Position numbers and translations under genes: made by a program. Source: an uncultured Candidatus Binatia bacterium (GTDB lineage Bacteria; Desulfobacterota; Binatia; UBA9968; JAJDTQ01). Taken from it: a stretch of DNA of 64,000 nt. The stretch is from assembly GCA_965204235.1 (NCBI GenBank), contig OZ241979.1, positions 3,109,902 through 3,173,901 of the forward strand, in the 5' to 3' direction. Below are positions 33,201 to 41,317 of this stretch, piece after piece (position 1 is the first letter of the stretch; every line of letters begins with the position of its first letter). The notes under the pieces are model-generated. The model searched no databases and was not told the origin of the DNA. It saw nothing but the letters and a program-made list of their open reading frames with translations.

Positions 33201-33566
33201 GGGCCGGTCAGGTTCGGCGTCGAACGCAAACCACTCGGTCCGTTCCTCCGGCGAGAGCCGCGAATACACTTCCTTGAGCGGAATGTTGCCGCTCTTGCGC
33301 CGCCGCAGCCCCTCCTCGTCCATCGTCAGGAGCGCGAGGAACACCTCCCGGTCCTTCCGCGGATCGTTCGAGGCGGGCATCAGCAGCCCGAGAATGATCG
33401 CCCGCACCATCACGAGCGGCTTCCTGCCCCACCACTTGCCGAGACCGGTCAGGGTCTGGCTGTAGTTCGCCTTGCGCTCCTTATAGCTCTCCTTCGACAG
33501 CCGCGAGACGGGAAATTGCGTCTCGATGAAGGTCAGGGCGTCGGTGAAGGAATGGGGGCGCGTCAT
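30285..33566 (-). CDS. DUF1156-type N6-adenine DNA methyltransferase with Zn-ribbons (COG1743-like)
   Basis: The ATG at 33566 overlaps the upstream stop (ATGA). The ORF-track start at 33905 is spurious. N-terminus TFIETQFPVSRLSKESYKE (DUF1156-like). Zn-ribbons CTETACPECGW and LECPNPDCHAS. Amino-MTase motif IV WITDPPYADAINY. Confidence 0.8.
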   Translation of the reverse strand: MTRPHSFTDALTFIETQFPVSRLSKESYKERKANYSQTLTGLGKWWGRKPLVMVRAIILGLLMPASNDPRKDREVFLALLTMDEEGLRRRKSGNIPLKEVYSRLSPEERTEWFAFDAEPDRPRLRKGTKAADRARLQRIVFDRMGYDEKLKWCDRPEHLEGPSADAWKVINRHLGTEAVSLPELMRELGERRFGRVPRVGDAFCGGGSVPFEAARLGCEAYGSDLNPVAALLTWGALNIVGGGEEVAERVRLAQTEVFEAVDRQVTEWRIEHDDAGWRADAFLYCTETACPECGWRVPLAPSWVIGEKTRAVARLKPEPAERRFAIDVRSGVGREALAAARGAGTVKQSRLECPNPDCHASTPMTAIRGDRRGEGGRGRGLRQWENDDLVPRTDDVFQERLYCVRWRLPSLAALLWAEQRVRAACRLEDGAGGRPAPPKGTQTPDASPPAVPEWVELEYAIAALVERLEAHERREVEDLRERDWLAEDRAVEDAQREFEAKKSADCPQRELIAAAQRLRKSKEVAARRNDRVEALAKLLPETLYQPVEDADMEREARALALLRERFPEWQALGYIPNRAITPGDETTRLMRERGWTHWHHLFTPRQLLVHGALAEKSETSSISAVSGAACLLGLGRTADWNSRLSRWWADKAGEKVIQTFSNQALNTLMTFGGRGIHTLVSSWFLTQSDASVHAPYTLQTTDARAIDRRADIWITDPPYADAINYHELSEFFLAWYEKRLPVLFRDWHTDSKRALAVRGADANFRRSMVDCYRNLAAHMPDGGFQVVMFTHQDVSIWADLTLILWAAGLRVTAAWTIATETPFGVKEGNYVQGTVLMVLRRQTVEETAFQDEVAQEVGVEVERQLASMLELDDREAPNFSDADYQLAAYAAALRVLTQYGSIEDIDVSHELSRERRRGEPNPIEKIIGDAVRTASNFLVPTGLPDYLWRRLTPEEKLYVKGLDVERHGDFRSGVYQEFARGFGVRDYRYLLHTGKANRTRLKTASEFKRSDLGDTAFGRSLVRHALYAVWRVAESGEVADSLTWLRTELSGYWPQREALVAILRYLAAIEVNHWREDAAAARLVAGAVENDHV

Positions 33567-34210
33567 GGGTTTGCCTGCACGAACGGCAAGAGGGAGTGAC
33601 GAATCTCCATCCACCGACCATCTCGTACATGCCCTGTGACGAAGCGCTGAACGACGCCGATGGGCGAATCCACCTGAAGCTCTCCTTGCAACCCAAGGCC
33701 AAGCCGCTTCGTCATCATCGCCGCCTCGATGTGCGAGAAGGCGAAATTCATGTCGCCATCCATGACGTAGCCCATCATGCAGCCAACCGGCAGACCTTCG
33801 GCGTACTTCTCCGTGACGAAGCGCATCATGCCGTCTTCGCCGACGTAGGCGCCCGCTTGCGAACGCTTCGCGCCGTCCGTGCCCGTCACGTTGAGCCGTT
33901 TGCATTCATAGGCGAGATAGGTATTTCGGTCGTTATCGACGATCACGGCGAGATCGACACGTGACGCTCCGGTGAGCGTGCCGCGGGGAGAACGTGTGAA
34001 GGGGTGGAACTGGTACTCGAAGTAGAATTCGTCTCTTGCCTCGGCGTCTCTGGAGAGACGGGCGACCAACGCCACCGTGATCGTGTCTTCGCATGAAGAA
34101 GGCGGCAGATGGGCAATCGCCTGCTGCCAGACCCGTGCGACGCAGTGCAGGAACTTCCAATCGGTGACGCGGAACTTCACCACCCAGCTCCGCCCCTCGC
34201 CGGACACCAT
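33563..34210 (-). CDS. small protein with a PD-(D/E)xK-like motif (putative nuclease), translationally coupled between the two methyltransferases
   Basis: 215 aa. …RVDLAVIVDNDRNTYLAYECKRL… fits the D…(D/E)xK arrangement of the restriction-endonuclease fold. Overlaps both neighbours by 4 nt. Confidence 0.4.
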   Translation of the reverse strand: MVSGEGRSWVVKFRVTDWKFLHCVARVWQQAIAHLPPSSCEDTITVALVARLSRDAEARDEFYFEYQFHPFTRSPRGTLTGASRVDLAVIVDNDRNTYLAYECKRLNVTGTDGAKRSQAGAYVGEDGMMRFVTEKYAEGLPVGCMMGYVMDGDMNFAFSHIEAAMMTKRLGLGLQGELQVDSPIGVVQRFVTGHVRDGRWMEIRHSLLPFVQANP

Positions 34211-34212
34211 CG

Positions 34213-36399
34213 CTAGCGGATCCCCCGTCGGAATTCCTCGATGTCAACCACCACTTGCTCCGCGTCATCCCGCGCCGCGGTGCGCATCCAGAAGCGCAGG
34301 CTGTTCGGTTTGACCATGTACATGTCGTCGCCCGCATACATCCGCAGGTTGGAAACCTGGTGGATGTTTCCAGGAAGCTCGGTGTTCGACTCCCGCGCGA
34401 CCTCCACCAGCAGCCTGCCGACTTCGTTCGATTCTTCCCTGTATTCAACCCGATCCTGCATTGCGCAAAGGCGGAGTCGCAGAACGGCCAGGTCATGGTT
34501 TTTGGCGACAAGGGTTACGCTGACCCGGCTATCCGCCTCCGTCCAATCGTCCAGGGAGGACGTGAGAACCTGCGCGTACTCTCGCCGCTGCTCGTCCGAA
34601 GGTGGTTTCCAGATCCGCGGAAATGCCGATGGTCCGGGTTGAAGGGCAGGAACGATATACTCCCACGTCTCATCGACGACGAGCATCTCCCGTTCCGTCA
34701 GGACGAAGTAATCACAGGCAAGTCGATCTATCTCGTTCAACATTTGGTCCAACAGGTCCGGCGGTTGCATGGGGTTGTCCAACTTCCTGGATGCACCGTC
34801 GATCAGGGAAATCAACCCTCTGGCGGCGTCGTACGACCTTTGCGGTTCGGGCGTTTCTTCCGGCGCGGGGAACGGCAAGTCGAGCAATTGAGCCGGATGA
34901 ACTTCCGGTCGCTCGGCGACTATTGACGACGTGCTGTGAAATGCGTACCAGAACAACAGTTTACTGTTCAGGAGGGCAGCGAGGAGCTTGGCGCGTTCTC
35001 GGCCGGCATCAGGGACAGTTATTGCCTGGATAGCGGCCTGAAATGTGAAGGGCGTCTCCGAGTAGGCGGCTCTCAGCCTTCGGTTTCCGGTGGTTTTGGA
35101 AATCAATACCCGCGGCCCACCAAATCCCTTCTCGAAACCGCGCCGATGGACCGCTTCGTCGTGGCGAGGAGTGAGGCTTTCCAAGTCGGGGGCGAAAATG
35201 CGGAATGATTTCGTCGGCAGAAACGGGTTCGTCGCCACGATTTCGCTCCTGGTCCACTTGTAGCTCGCATCCTTCAAGCGGTCTTCCAGCACGGGCTTGA
35301 ACCCCTGACCGGTCTTCCACGTCGGTTCGGGGTCTTTGCCTTGCTCAGCGTTCGCTCCCCCATGTTGCGCTATCTTGGCGCGCAGCCGAGGATAAGTGGA
35401 AAGGTATCGGAACAGCTTGTTTTCCGGGCTGGTCATCCACATACGCTTGTTGAACTCGAGCGGATCCTTTTCGACCATCACCGTGTTCAGCCGCTTCTTG
35501 TCGGTTTCGTTGATGCTCACGAGGCGCGTGGCGCCGGAATTCGGGCTTGCCTTGGGCGTCCAGTAGTCGAACTCGTAGGGCCTGGCGTCCGTATTGAGGC
35601 CGGCGATGAAGAGGGACGCAGGTCGCACGGCAACACTGAAAAGCTGGAAACGAAGATCCGCGTAGTTGACGATGCGGCGTACCCGAGCGCTCCGGAAAAG
35701 CAGGCTTCTTGCTTCCAGGGCCTTCTTCGAGTGGTTGTGGAGGAAGCTCATTGCAGGAAGCAGGAATGCGATCCTGCCGTCCTTCTTCAGGTGCCGGAGC
35801 GCCTTCCAGAGAAACCCCCATGCGGCTTGCTTGTCTGGCGCCGGGAGACCGTGCCGTTCGCACCAGCCGGCTGAGCCCGCGTCGCTCCTTCGCCACGGCG
35901 GATTGCCGATCACCACGTCGTATTCGGGGCTTGCTTCCATGTGGAAGAAATCCGCCTGGCGCAGGGTCTCGCCCCATAGTGGGGGCAGCAGCTTGCCGCG
36001 TCTCATCAGGCTGCGGATATCGGGAGGGCGCGCCTCTTCCAGGAGTGCGACATAGAGGGAAAACGCCGCCACGCGCACCGCGCTGGCGTCGATGTCCCAG
36101 CCGCATAGCCGGGCGAGGAAACCGCGCAGGCTGTCCCAACGGATGTTCTGCTTCGCTTGGCGATATCGCCACTGCTCGCAGAGACGCTTGAACAGGCACA
36201 CCAGGAAAATACCCGAACCGCATGCCGGATCGAGGAACTTTCCCTTCGTCTTGATGCGCGGGTCGAGAACCTCCCGGTCGTCCCATATCTGGGAGACGAT
36301 GCTGCTCGCCAGATGCATCGGGGTGTGGAACTGGCCCTTCTTGCGCGCTTGGTCCTGCTCGTTCAGGAACTTGTCGTACACGGCGCTGATCAGTTCCAC
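34213..36399 (-). CDS. Eco57I/PglX-like (gamma-class) N6-adenine DNA methyltransferase domain protein; annotated GTG start, true N-terminus probably upstream (see 36390..37292)
   Basis: Motif X-like GQFHTPMHLA. Motif I FLDPACGSGIFL. Motif IV VIGNPPW. Long C-terminal TRD-like region. Its frame is open for more than 40 codons upstream of the annotated GTG start. Confidence 0.75.
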   Translation of the reverse strand: MELISAVYDKFLNEQDQARKKGQFHTPMHLASSIVSQIWDDREVLDPRIKTKGKFLDPACGSGIFLVCLFKRLCEQWRYRQAKQNIRWDSLRGFLARLCGWDIDASAVRVAAFSLYVALLEEARPPDIRSLMRRGKLLPPLWGETLRQADFFHMEASPEYDVVIGNPPWRRSDAGSAGWCERHGLPAPDKQAAWGFLWKALRHLKKDGRIAFLLPAMSFLHNHSKKALEARSLLFRSARVRRIVNYADLRFQLFSVAVRPASLFIAGLNTDARPYEFDYWTPKASPNSGATRLVSINETDKKRLNTVMVEKDPLEFNKRMWMTSPENKLFRYLSTYPRLRAKIAQHGGANAEQGKDPEPTWKTGQGFKPVLEDRLKDASYKWTRSEIVATNPFLPTKSFRIFAPDLESLTPRHDEAVHRRGFEKGFGGPRVLISKTTGNRRLRAAYSETPFTFQAAIQAITVPDAGRERAKLLAALLNSKLLFWYAFHSTSSIVAERPEVHPAQLLDLPFPAPEETPEPQRSYDAARGLISLIDGASRKLDNPMQPPDLLDQMLNEIDRLACDYFVLTEREMLVVDETWEYIVPALQPGPSAFPRIWKPPSDEQRREYAQVLTSSLDDWTEADSRVSVTLVAKNHDLAVLRLRLCAMQDRVEYREESNEVGRLLVEVARESNTELPGNIHQVSNLRMYAGDDMYMVKPNSLRFWMRTAARDDAEQVVVDIEEFRRGIR

Positions 36400-37292
36400 C
36401 GGGATGAACTCGAAGTTGTAGCCCCAAAAACGGAACTGGCTCCTGCCGGATCCATTTCCTCCTTGCCGGAGTGGAAGCGAGCCAGCACCTCCAAGTGGCG
36501 CCGTTGAAGCCCGGGGCCAACGTCGTCAAAGGAACATGGCTTCACGAACAGGTCACCGTTGAAATCGCGGCTGAGGCTGCGGAACAGGCCGTAGAAGGCG
36601 TTGACCTTGTTTTCGTTCAAGATTTCGGCGAACGTGGAAAAGGCGCCGTCAGTGGCGGCCTCGATATATCCTGCATCGATGATCTTCCGATCTTCCAGAT
36701 ACGCGATGAACATCGTCTGCATCAAAAGGGCCTGGGATGCCGCCGGGGCCAAGCCGTAATCCCGAAGCAGGTCGTGCGATTGCTTGAGATTGCCCAGGAG
36801 CACTCCATCCACGCGCTGGTTCGCGTCGAACTTGCCTCCGTGCTCCTTCCAGTACCGGCCGGACTCCATGCCGTAGATCAGGTTTCGCAGTGCGAGCGCA
36901 TCGCTTACCTGGTGGAGCACGTCGATCAGGCAGGTCTTGTCGAAAGTCTCCGTGCTCCTGTCGGCCGGGGTGGCAGCGAGCGAGTAGATTCGGATCGTTT
37001 CGCCGCACACGACGGCGAGAACGCTTGCAAGTCCCTGGTTCCAAAGATCCGAATGAAGGCGTGCGATGGCTGTCGGGTCCATGCTCTCGGTTGCGAAGAA
37101 TACCGCGGTCGGAAGGTGCTGGACGCAGAACACGGCGGCCGCGCCCAAGTCGCGCAAGGCCGTTCGTATCGGCCTCGCGTGTGGGACGTCGTCAACCTCG
37201 GTAGCGTCCTGGTAGAGCTCGGGGGCATGGCGGGCGTCCAGACCCAGGCACTCCTTCCAGTCCGGCGCGAGCTGGTTTTGCAGAGCCAACAT
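36390..37292 (-). CDS. hypothetical protein, probably the displaced N-terminal domain of the downstream methyltransferase (separated by a -1 frameshift)
   Basis: Start MLALQNQ at 37292, 8 nt after the DUF3780-like stop. It ends 10 nt inside the MTase ORF. Both frames are open across 36392–36522, and the protein-like character swaps frame around 36420–36470 (…ARFHSGKEEMD… → …FWGYNFEFIPVELISAVYDKF…). Confidence 0.4.
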   Translation of the reverse strand: MLALQNQLAPDWKECLGLDARHAPELYQDATEVDDVPHARPIRTALRDLGAAAVFCVQHLPTAVFFATESMDPTAIARLHSDLWNQGLASVLAVVCGETIRIYSLAATPADRSTETFDKTCLIDVLHQVSDALALRNLIYGMESGRYWKEHGGKFDANQRVDGVLLGNLKQSHDLLRDYGLAPAASQALLMQTMFIAYLEDRKIIDAGYIEAATDGAFSTFAEILNENKVNAFYGLFRSLSRDFNGDLFVKPCSFDDVGPGLQRRHLEVLARFHSGKEEMDPAGASSVFGATTSSSSRWN

Positions 37293-37302
37293 CCCAGGCA
37301 AC

Positions 37303-38055
37303 TCAGGGGCCGCGGCGGCCTGCGGCGATGATCCCGGGTGGCGCGGCGCCGTCTTCTTCGCCTCGTTCACCGGACCGACGATGCGCGCCGGCAACCGCCC
37401 TGCGCGTCGGCGCGGCGTCCTCCCGGCTCCGGATCCCACTCCCACTCCGGCCCTGGCGCGGGGGTTCCGAACGCTCCTCCGCGGCCGCCAGCCGGAAGAT
37501 GTCGCTCTGCCGATCCTGGCGGTCGCCGGTCACCGGGTTCTCTGTGAGCGCGAAACGCACCGCCTTGCGCCAGCCCTTGTTCCTGCCGTGCAGGGCGTGG
37601 CCGGTGGCGGCGTTGGTCATGGTGAACAGCCACCACCGTTCTTCCGGCGCGAGTCCCAACCAGTTCTTGAGCGCCGCGGGGATGAGCGCCGGGTCGGCGT
37701 CTTCCACGGCCCAGGCGAGGAGCGTCAGTTCCTTGCCCAGCAGGCGGGCGACCGGGATGTCGCCCCGCTTCCAGCGTCCCGGCGGCAGGCCCTGCTTCTT
37801 GAGACGGCGGTTGAACTCGACGCGCACCTCGTCGGCAATGGCGTCCCACTTGGCGCGCGGCAGCGCGGCCCGAAGCCTGGAATCATGAGGGCCGAGACCG
37901 AGGGAGGGAGGCGCGTAGCCCGTCTCGGGATCGAAGCGCAGGTGCTCGGCCACGAGCACGTCCCCACGGACCCTCGAAGGCACGGTCACCACGAAGTGGT
38001 GTTCCGACTCCTCGAACTGAAAACCGAACCCTGCCGGCCTGGAACGGGTCCCCAC
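37303..38055 (-). CDS. small protein in the DUF3780 position of the DUF499/DUF1156 cassette
   Basis: GTG at 38055, 2 nt after the DUF499 stop (the ORF-track start at 38259 overlaps DUF499). About 250 aa (…GFGFQFEESEHHFVVTVPSRVRGDVLVAEHLRFDPETGY…). Assignment is by context, not by recognised motifs. Confidence 0.4.
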   Translation of the reverse strand: MGTRSRPAGFGFQFEESEHHFVVTVPSRVRGDVLVAEHLRFDPETGYAPPSLGLGPHDSRLRAALPRAKWDAIADEVRVEFNRRLKKQGLPPGRWKRGDIPVARLLGKELTLLAWAVEDADPALIPAALKNWLGLAPEERWWLFTMTNAATGHALHGRNKGWRKAVRFALTENPVTGDRQDRQSDIFRLAAAEERSEPPRQGRSGSGIRSREDAAPTRRAVAGAHRRSGERGEEDGAAPPGIIAAGRRGP

Positions 38056-38057
38056 GC

Positions 38058-41000
38058 TCAAGGCTCCACGTCGTTGCGGTCGTATTCCGCCCGGATCTCC
38101 GCCACGTAGTCCAGGAAGCGCTGGCCCGTGTCGTAGCGCACGCGCTTCGCCTCGATGGAGACTTCGCCGTCGGGCACGAGCCCCCTGAGTTGCTCGACCG
38201 TCTGCTCGATCCGGTCGCCGCCCAACTCCACGTCGTCGGAAAGGGAAATCTCGCCCCAAGTCCCGCCGGCCTGAGCCGCGAAGCGCAGTCCGCCCGCGGA
38301 GGCTTCATGCTTCTTCAGCCGGTTGATGAAGCCGTAGGCGTTGCGAGTGGTCTGGAACCGGAACCCGCCGGAGGCAGGACGCCACACCGCGGGACGGGCC
38401 TTGTCGATGGGCTTGGTCTCCCGTCTGTCGGCCATATCGCGCCGGTGGACCTCGGAAGCGACTCCGTCCTTCTCCGCCACCGCGAGCACGAGGCGGGCGC
38501 CCACCGGCGCCGCGAACGGCCCTTCGTACGCGCCGCCGTTGACCTTCGGGTCGGATCCGTCGGTGGTGTAGCGGATGGGCGCGGCCGGGGCGGAGCGGAT
38601 CTCGACCATGCGTCGGTCTCCGTCCGGGTACTCGCGCGATTTCAGCGTGATACGGTTCGACCACTCCACCGGCTCCCCGGTATCGTGCTCGCCCTTGGAA
38701 TCGACCGCGAGGAAGGAGACGCGAAGCTCCGCGGTCTCGAAGTCCGCCCCCTCGACCGCCATCGATGCCGGCGTCGCCGCTCCGCCGAACTCTGCATGGA
38801 TCCGGTCGGCGTTGACGGGAGCAAGCCGCAGCTTCACCTCTCCGGTGTCGTCGTCCCGGGACAACTCCCGGATGCGCACGCTCGTCGCCGGCTTCGGAAA
38901 GGGTCCCCTGTTGACGTAGCTCCCTTCCTCACGCCACAGGTCCTTGTGCAGGCAGTCCTGCTTCATCCGGTCGAGGGCGTCGGGCCGGTGCCACTGCCAA
39001 CGGGGGTTGGACGCGGCTCGGCGCACGACCTCCGTCCACAACATGGACTTCTGGGTGAACAGCCGGTCTTCCACCTTCTTGCGGAAGGTCTCGCTCGCGA
39101 CGTCCGTGGCGTACTTCTGCCGATCCGCGAGCGCCTCCCTCACCTGCTCCTCGCCGTTGTAGCGGTTCTCCTTGAACTCCATGAGGAAGTCCACCCTGGC
39201 CAGCCGGTCCCGGGTGGGGTAGTGCAGCGTGGTGAAGGTCTCGCGGACGGCGCTGTGGAACTGGGCAAGGAAACGCGGCAGGAGCTGGTCGCGCGCCTGC
39301 TGCATCTGCGGGTCGCCGTCGGCCACCCCTTCTTCGTGCATCTCACCGATGATCTGGTTGATCGCCTTCAACTCCCGCGCGCGTTCCAGCAACGATTCGA
39401 AGGCCCGCTGTCCGGTCAGGAAGCAGATGCGGTTCTGGTAGGTGAGCTGCTCGTACAGGACGGCGAGGTCCGGGTGCAGGCCCGCCGGGTGCGGCTCGGT
39501 CACCACCAGCGTCACCCGGTCGGGGTGGACGTCGATCTCGTCCACGGCCGGGAGCGGTTGCAGGCGCTGGTAACACGACCCCTCGACCGGCTCGAAGATC
39601 TCCGTCAGCCGTTCCTTGAGTTCTTTCGTGGCTTGGTCGCGGAGGTAGGCGCCCGCGGTAGTGGTCACCCGGGCGATGAGGTTCTGCACGTTGCGCAGGT
39701 GCAGACGCCCGTCGTTGGTCGTGTGCAGGTACCAGGCCGCGGTCACGAGGCGCGCGATCACCTCGTTCTGCAACTTCGAGAGGTCGCGCCCCGGAGAGCA
39801 CAGGTTGGCGACGACCTCGGGGATGGCGAGCCCCTTGACGGCGTTCGGGACGTTCGCCAGCGAGGCGACCAGGAGCAGCCGCATGACGTCCCTGGCGTCC
39901 TCGCCGCATCCCAGGTTCGCGTCGATGGTCTCGGCCACGGCGTTGCCGCCCGACGCGATGTCGTGGGCGATGGCGTTCTCGAGCGTCGGGTTGATCTGGT
40001 TGATCTCGGTGAGGGTCTCGCGGCTCTCCAGATCGACGTCGTGGGCGGCGACGAGGTAGGGGTCATGGCCGGTATCCCAGATCCGCGACACGACGATCCG
40101 CATCAGGCGGATCAGCCCGCGGGTCTGCTGGAAGCCCTGGTTCTCCCGAAAGCGGCCATAGAGGTCGCGGATGGCGGGATGGAACGGGTACGACTCGGCC
40201 ACCTGGGCGGCGAACTGCTCGGGCGAGGCGTTCGTCACGTCCATCTGCTTCGCTTCGCGCACCGCCTTCGCGTAGCCCTGCGCCACCTCCTCGATCTCCG
40301 CCTCGTCCGGGAGGGCCTCGAAGAGACGTTTGCGGAGGATGTGGTAGAACTCGTCCGTGTTCATGCGGACGGGCTCCAGGTTCATGGCGGTGCGGCCGGT
40401 CTCGGCTTCCAGGTCTTCCAGCGCTGCGACGATCTGCGCGGCCCCCGCGCTGTACGTCGCCTTGAGGTCGGAGATCACCAGGCAGACGTTGCGCAGTTCG
40501 TCCCGCCCGACCGCCACCAGGAGGTTCGACAGCGCGGTGGTGGTGACTGCCGACAAATCCGAGTTGCCGATGCTCTTCGAGGCCGCGTTGACGAAGTAGG
40601 GCGGCAGCTCGTCCAGCATGATGACCAGCGGCTCGCCCTCGAGCAGGTTCACCCAGGCGGTCTGACCCGGCGCGGCCAGGGGCGCGTAGTAGTCGTTGAA
40701 CTGCTCCTTCCTGCCGAGCTGCTCCGCGATGGCGCCCCAGATGCCGAGGGGCGCATCGCTCTCGCGCCCGGAAAAGGCGACCACGCGGACCGGGGCGAGT
40801 TCGGGGTCCGGGGTGTAGAAGCCGCCCATGACCTCGGCCCGGTAACCGGGATGCCCGGCCAGGAGCCCAAGCGCGAGGAGGTTGTGGGTCTTGCCGCCCC
40901 CCATGGCCTGGGTCAGCTTGAAGACGCCTTGCGCCGATTTCCCTTCCAGACGCCGGAACCCCTCGGTGAGCAGGGTCCTCATACCCTCCGTGACGTGGTT

Positions 41001-41126
41001 CTCGGCAAAGAATCCAGCCGGGTCGATGCGGCCGTCGACCAGGTCCGTCAGGTCGAGCACGGTGTCGCGGCGCGTGGGGTCGAAGGCGCTTGGCCGGGGT
41101 CTGCAGGCCTGTTTTACGGTCCGCAC
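38058..41126 (-). CDS. DUF499-type P-loop ATPase (large, about 1020 aa)
   Basis: GTG start at 41126. P-loop LTQAMGGGKTHNLLALGL near the N-terminus. Walker B-like VIMLDELPPYF. Long α/β C-terminal region. First gene of the minus-strand island. Confidence 0.7.
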   Translation of the reverse strand: MRTVKQACRPRPSAFDPTRRDTVLDLTDLVDGRIDPAGFFAENHVTEGMRTLLTEGFRRLEGKSAQGVFKLTQAMGGGKTHNLLALGLLAGHPGYRAEVMGGFYTPDPELAPVRVVAFSGRESDAPLGIWGAIAEQLGRKEQFNDYYAPLAAPGQTAWVNLLEGEPLVIMLDELPPYFVNAASKSIGNSDLSAVTTTALSNLLVAVGRDELRNVCLVISDLKATYSAGAAQIVAALEDLEAETGRTAMNLEPVRMNTDEFYHILRKRLFEALPDEAEIEEVAQGYAKAVREAKQMDVTNASPEQFAAQVAESYPFHPAIRDLYGRFRENQGFQQTRGLIRLMRIVVSRIWDTGHDPYLVAAHDVDLESRETLTEINQINPTLENAIAHDIASGGNAVAETIDANLGCGEDARDVMRLLLVASLANVPNAVKGLAIPEVVANLCSPGRDLSKLQNEVIARLVTAAWYLHTTNDGRLHLRNVQNLIARVTTTAGAYLRDQATKELKERLTEIFEPVEGSCYQRLQPLPAVDEIDVHPDRVTLVVTEPHPAGLHPDLAVLYEQLTYQNRICFLTGQRAFESLLERARELKAINQIIGEMHEEGVADGDPQMQQARDQLLPRFLAQFHSAVRETFTTLHYPTRDRLARVDFLMEFKENRYNGEEQVREALADRQKYATDVASETFRKKVEDRLFTQKSMLWTEVVRRAASNPRWQWHRPDALDRMKQDCLHKDLWREEGSYVNRGPFPKPATSVRIRELSRDDDTGEVKLRLAPVNADRIHAEFGGAATPASMAVEGADFETAELRVSFLAVDSKGEHDTGEPVEWSNRITLKSREYPDGDRRMVEIRSAPAAPIRYTTDGSDPKVNGGAYEGPFAAPVGARLVLAVAEKDGVASEVHRRDMADRRETKPIDKARPAVWRPASGGFRFQTTRNAYGFINRLKKHEASAGGLRFAAQAGGTWGEISLSDDVELGGDRIEQTVEQLRGLVPDGEVSIEAKRVRYDTGQRFLDYVAEIRAEYDRNDVEP

Positions 41127-41317
41127 GATGGCATCTCCCGTTCGCCCGCTACCGCGCTACGACCGTGCCCTCAGGGGGATCTGCCGCTGACAGGATCGGG
41201 CCAATAGTCGCAGGGTTCGCCAAGCGGAAGGCATGGTTTCATCATACCACCTCCCACCGGATACGTCACTTGGGTCCCTCCGACAGGCGGGTTCAACCAG
41301 GATCCCGGTGTAGCGCT

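Noticed and set aside
38190-41207. 1005-aa plus-strand ORF antisense to the DUF499 gene
   Set aside because: Low-complexity R/G/A/V-rich translation. The minus-strand frame carries the P-loop and is contiguous with the operon.
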